The position numbers and the translations under genes were made by a program. DNA of 63,392 nucleotides, the filler included, from Chiloscyllium plagiosum (Eukaryota): assembly GCF_004010195.1 (NCBI RefSeq). It is 5 parts of one record of this genome, joined end to end, with 100 filler letters (N's around TTAATTAATTAA, not from the genome) between each part and the next. Parts side by side here need not be neighbours in the genome. Positions count along the whole stretch, not along the records: positions 61,594 to 63,392 come from NC_057710.1; 4 more parts are not named here. One strand, given 5' to 3'. Each line of letters opens with the position of its first letter. Position 1 is the stretch's first letter. The notes below the pieces were generated by a model. The model did no database searches and was not told the origin of the DNA. It saw nothing but the letters and a program-made list of their open reading frames with translations. Shown piece by piece: positions 61,745 through 63,392 of this stretch.

Positions 61745-62950
61745 CTTAATATCTGAACCAGGGAAGGCCATTGGACAGAGTTCAAGCAATCCAGCAAATT
61801 CCAATGCTTCACACGAAGAAATAATTGCTATCCTTTTTGGGCATGTGCTCCTACTGTAGAATGTTTATCCATGTTACGCAACCCTTGAGGCGCCCCTAAG
61901 TGACATAGCCCATGGCAAAGGGTTGCAGAAATAGAGTCCATTGTATGGACCCCAGAGGCTGAGAGTGCCTTTGTTGAATTGAAAAAGGCACTCCAAACTA
62001 CACCTACACTGGAGATTCCGAATCCAAACAAGTCTTTTGTACAAATGGTAGATGAGAAGCGTGGCTGCATGACATCTGTGCTGATGCAGGATCATGGGGG
62101 AAAATTGAGGCTGGTAGCTTAATTTTCGGCTGAACCAGATCTTGTAGTGGCAGGATTGCCTAAATGCCTGCAAGCCGTGGCTGTTGCTGAAAAGGCTGTT
62201 GTAGCGTCCTGGGACATAGTCGGCTATGGTGAATTAACCCTACTGGTCCCACACGTAGTATCCTTACTGCTTTCCGAACAAAAGACAGCACACATGTCGG
62301 CAGCACGTTGGCTCAGATACAGTACTGTGTTATTGGAGATGCCTAACATTACAATAAAGCGATGTAACTTCCTTAACCCTGCTAGCCTTCTCCCCACAGA
62401 AGGAGACAGAGATCCACATTACTGTGTCGCTGTAACAAATGAAATTTGCAGCCCTAGACCAGACTTGCAGGATTCACCACTTTAGAATCCAGATATGGAG
62501 TTTTTTGTGGATGGGTCAGCATTCAGGAGCAAAGAGACAGGCCAGAATTGTGTTGGATATACTGTAGTAACTACCCACGAGGTAGTCAAAATGGGATCAC
62601 TCCCTTCTCATCTGTCAGCGCAAGCAGCGGAGCTAATTACCTTGACTGAGGCATGTACATTGGCTAAGGGAAGGACAGTGAATATTTACACCGACAGCAG
62701 ATATGCATTCAGGGTTGTACATGATTTTGGAACCCTGTGGAAACACAGGGGCTTCTTGACCTCCACCGGAAAGCCCACCACAAACCGTGGCCTGATTTCT
62801 GACCACCTGGAAGCAGTCCTATTGCATAAATCAATCGCTGTGTGTAAATGTGAAGCCCACATGAAAAATAACTATTCCATTTCTCAAGGCAATGCGAAGG
62901 CAGACTCAGCGTCAAGAACGGCAGCCCAGCAGTCGCCAAGTGATCAGTTT
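61745..62950 (+). pseudogene. Endogenous retrovirus pol fragment (RT thumb, connection, RNase H), class I gamma/epsilon-like
   Basis: LSFLGMCSYCR, WTPEAESAF..LKKAL, VAGLPKCLQAVA, RCNFLNPASLLP, FVDGS, SAQAAELI.LTEAC, VNIYTDSRYAF..VHDFG.LWKHRGFLTS.G and GNAKAD, with stops and frameshifts. Confidence 0.85.
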
Positions 62951-63392
62951 TGTGAGAAACAAAGCTCACTCACTTCAATAATTTCAGTCCGAGACAAGAT
63001 CTGAATCAGTAGTGTCATTTATTTCACACTTGCAAGTGGGTGTGATGTCCAGTGCCTATAAGGCAGAGGACATACACACCAAATTCAATTCATACACAAT
63101 ATTTATATAATTTGGTTTCTTTTGTTTTACATTGCTCCTCCCCTGTTTACATCCTCCACTTCCCTACTCCTGTTTATCTCTTGCCTTATCCGGCCTTGTC
63201 TGTGACAAAATGCTTAATTCTGGCCTCACAAGGCCGTTTGACCCAATCCCGCTGCAGGTCATTGTTAGGCATATTCTTTCTTTATCAGTATCTACTCTCT
63301 CCATCTGGGCCTCTCCCGAGGCCATTCTGATCCTTATGACCTCTTTAATTGGGGTTTGTTCCTGTGTCTCTGTAAAAGTGGGAAACAGATGT
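62951..63392 (-). mobile_element. Probable 3' end of an LTR retroelement (PPT + short LTR 63131..62951) in antisense to the ERV pol
   Basis: Minus strand: purine tract AGGGGAGGAG, then TGTAA...AATAAA...TCACA, ending exactly where RNase H similarity stops. Confidence 0.45.

Overview
Eukaryotic (vertebrate) genomic DNA, almost certainly from a cartilaginous fish (shark/ray), judged by HE1-type SINEs and the CR1/Penelope repeat landscape. It holds one host gene: an intact two-exon ParaHox homeobox gene of the Pdx/Xlox family on the minus strand (CDS join 43809..43491, 41072..40696; 231 aa; phase-1 GT-AG intron). Its homeodomain residues point to Pdx2, the paralogue kept in chondrichthyans and coelacanth but lost in tetrapods and teleosts. 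The gene lies in a TE-poor island (~37.8-46.5 kb) that looks richer in CpG than its flanks. The rest is layered transposon debris: CR1 LINEs, L1 elements, several Penelope-like (GIY-YIG) families, HE1-like SINEs, a Vingi-like LINE, a fragmented Gypsy fossil, solo LTRs and an endogenous retrovirus pol fragment. The Penelope terminal repeats carry minimal hammerhead-ribozyme motifs and often form palindromic insertions flanked by target-site duplications (TSDs). Four 100-bp N/TTAATTAATTAA/N spacers are assembly joins. TE boundaries without a stated TSD are approximate, and all family assignments come from motif recognition by eye, not database searches.
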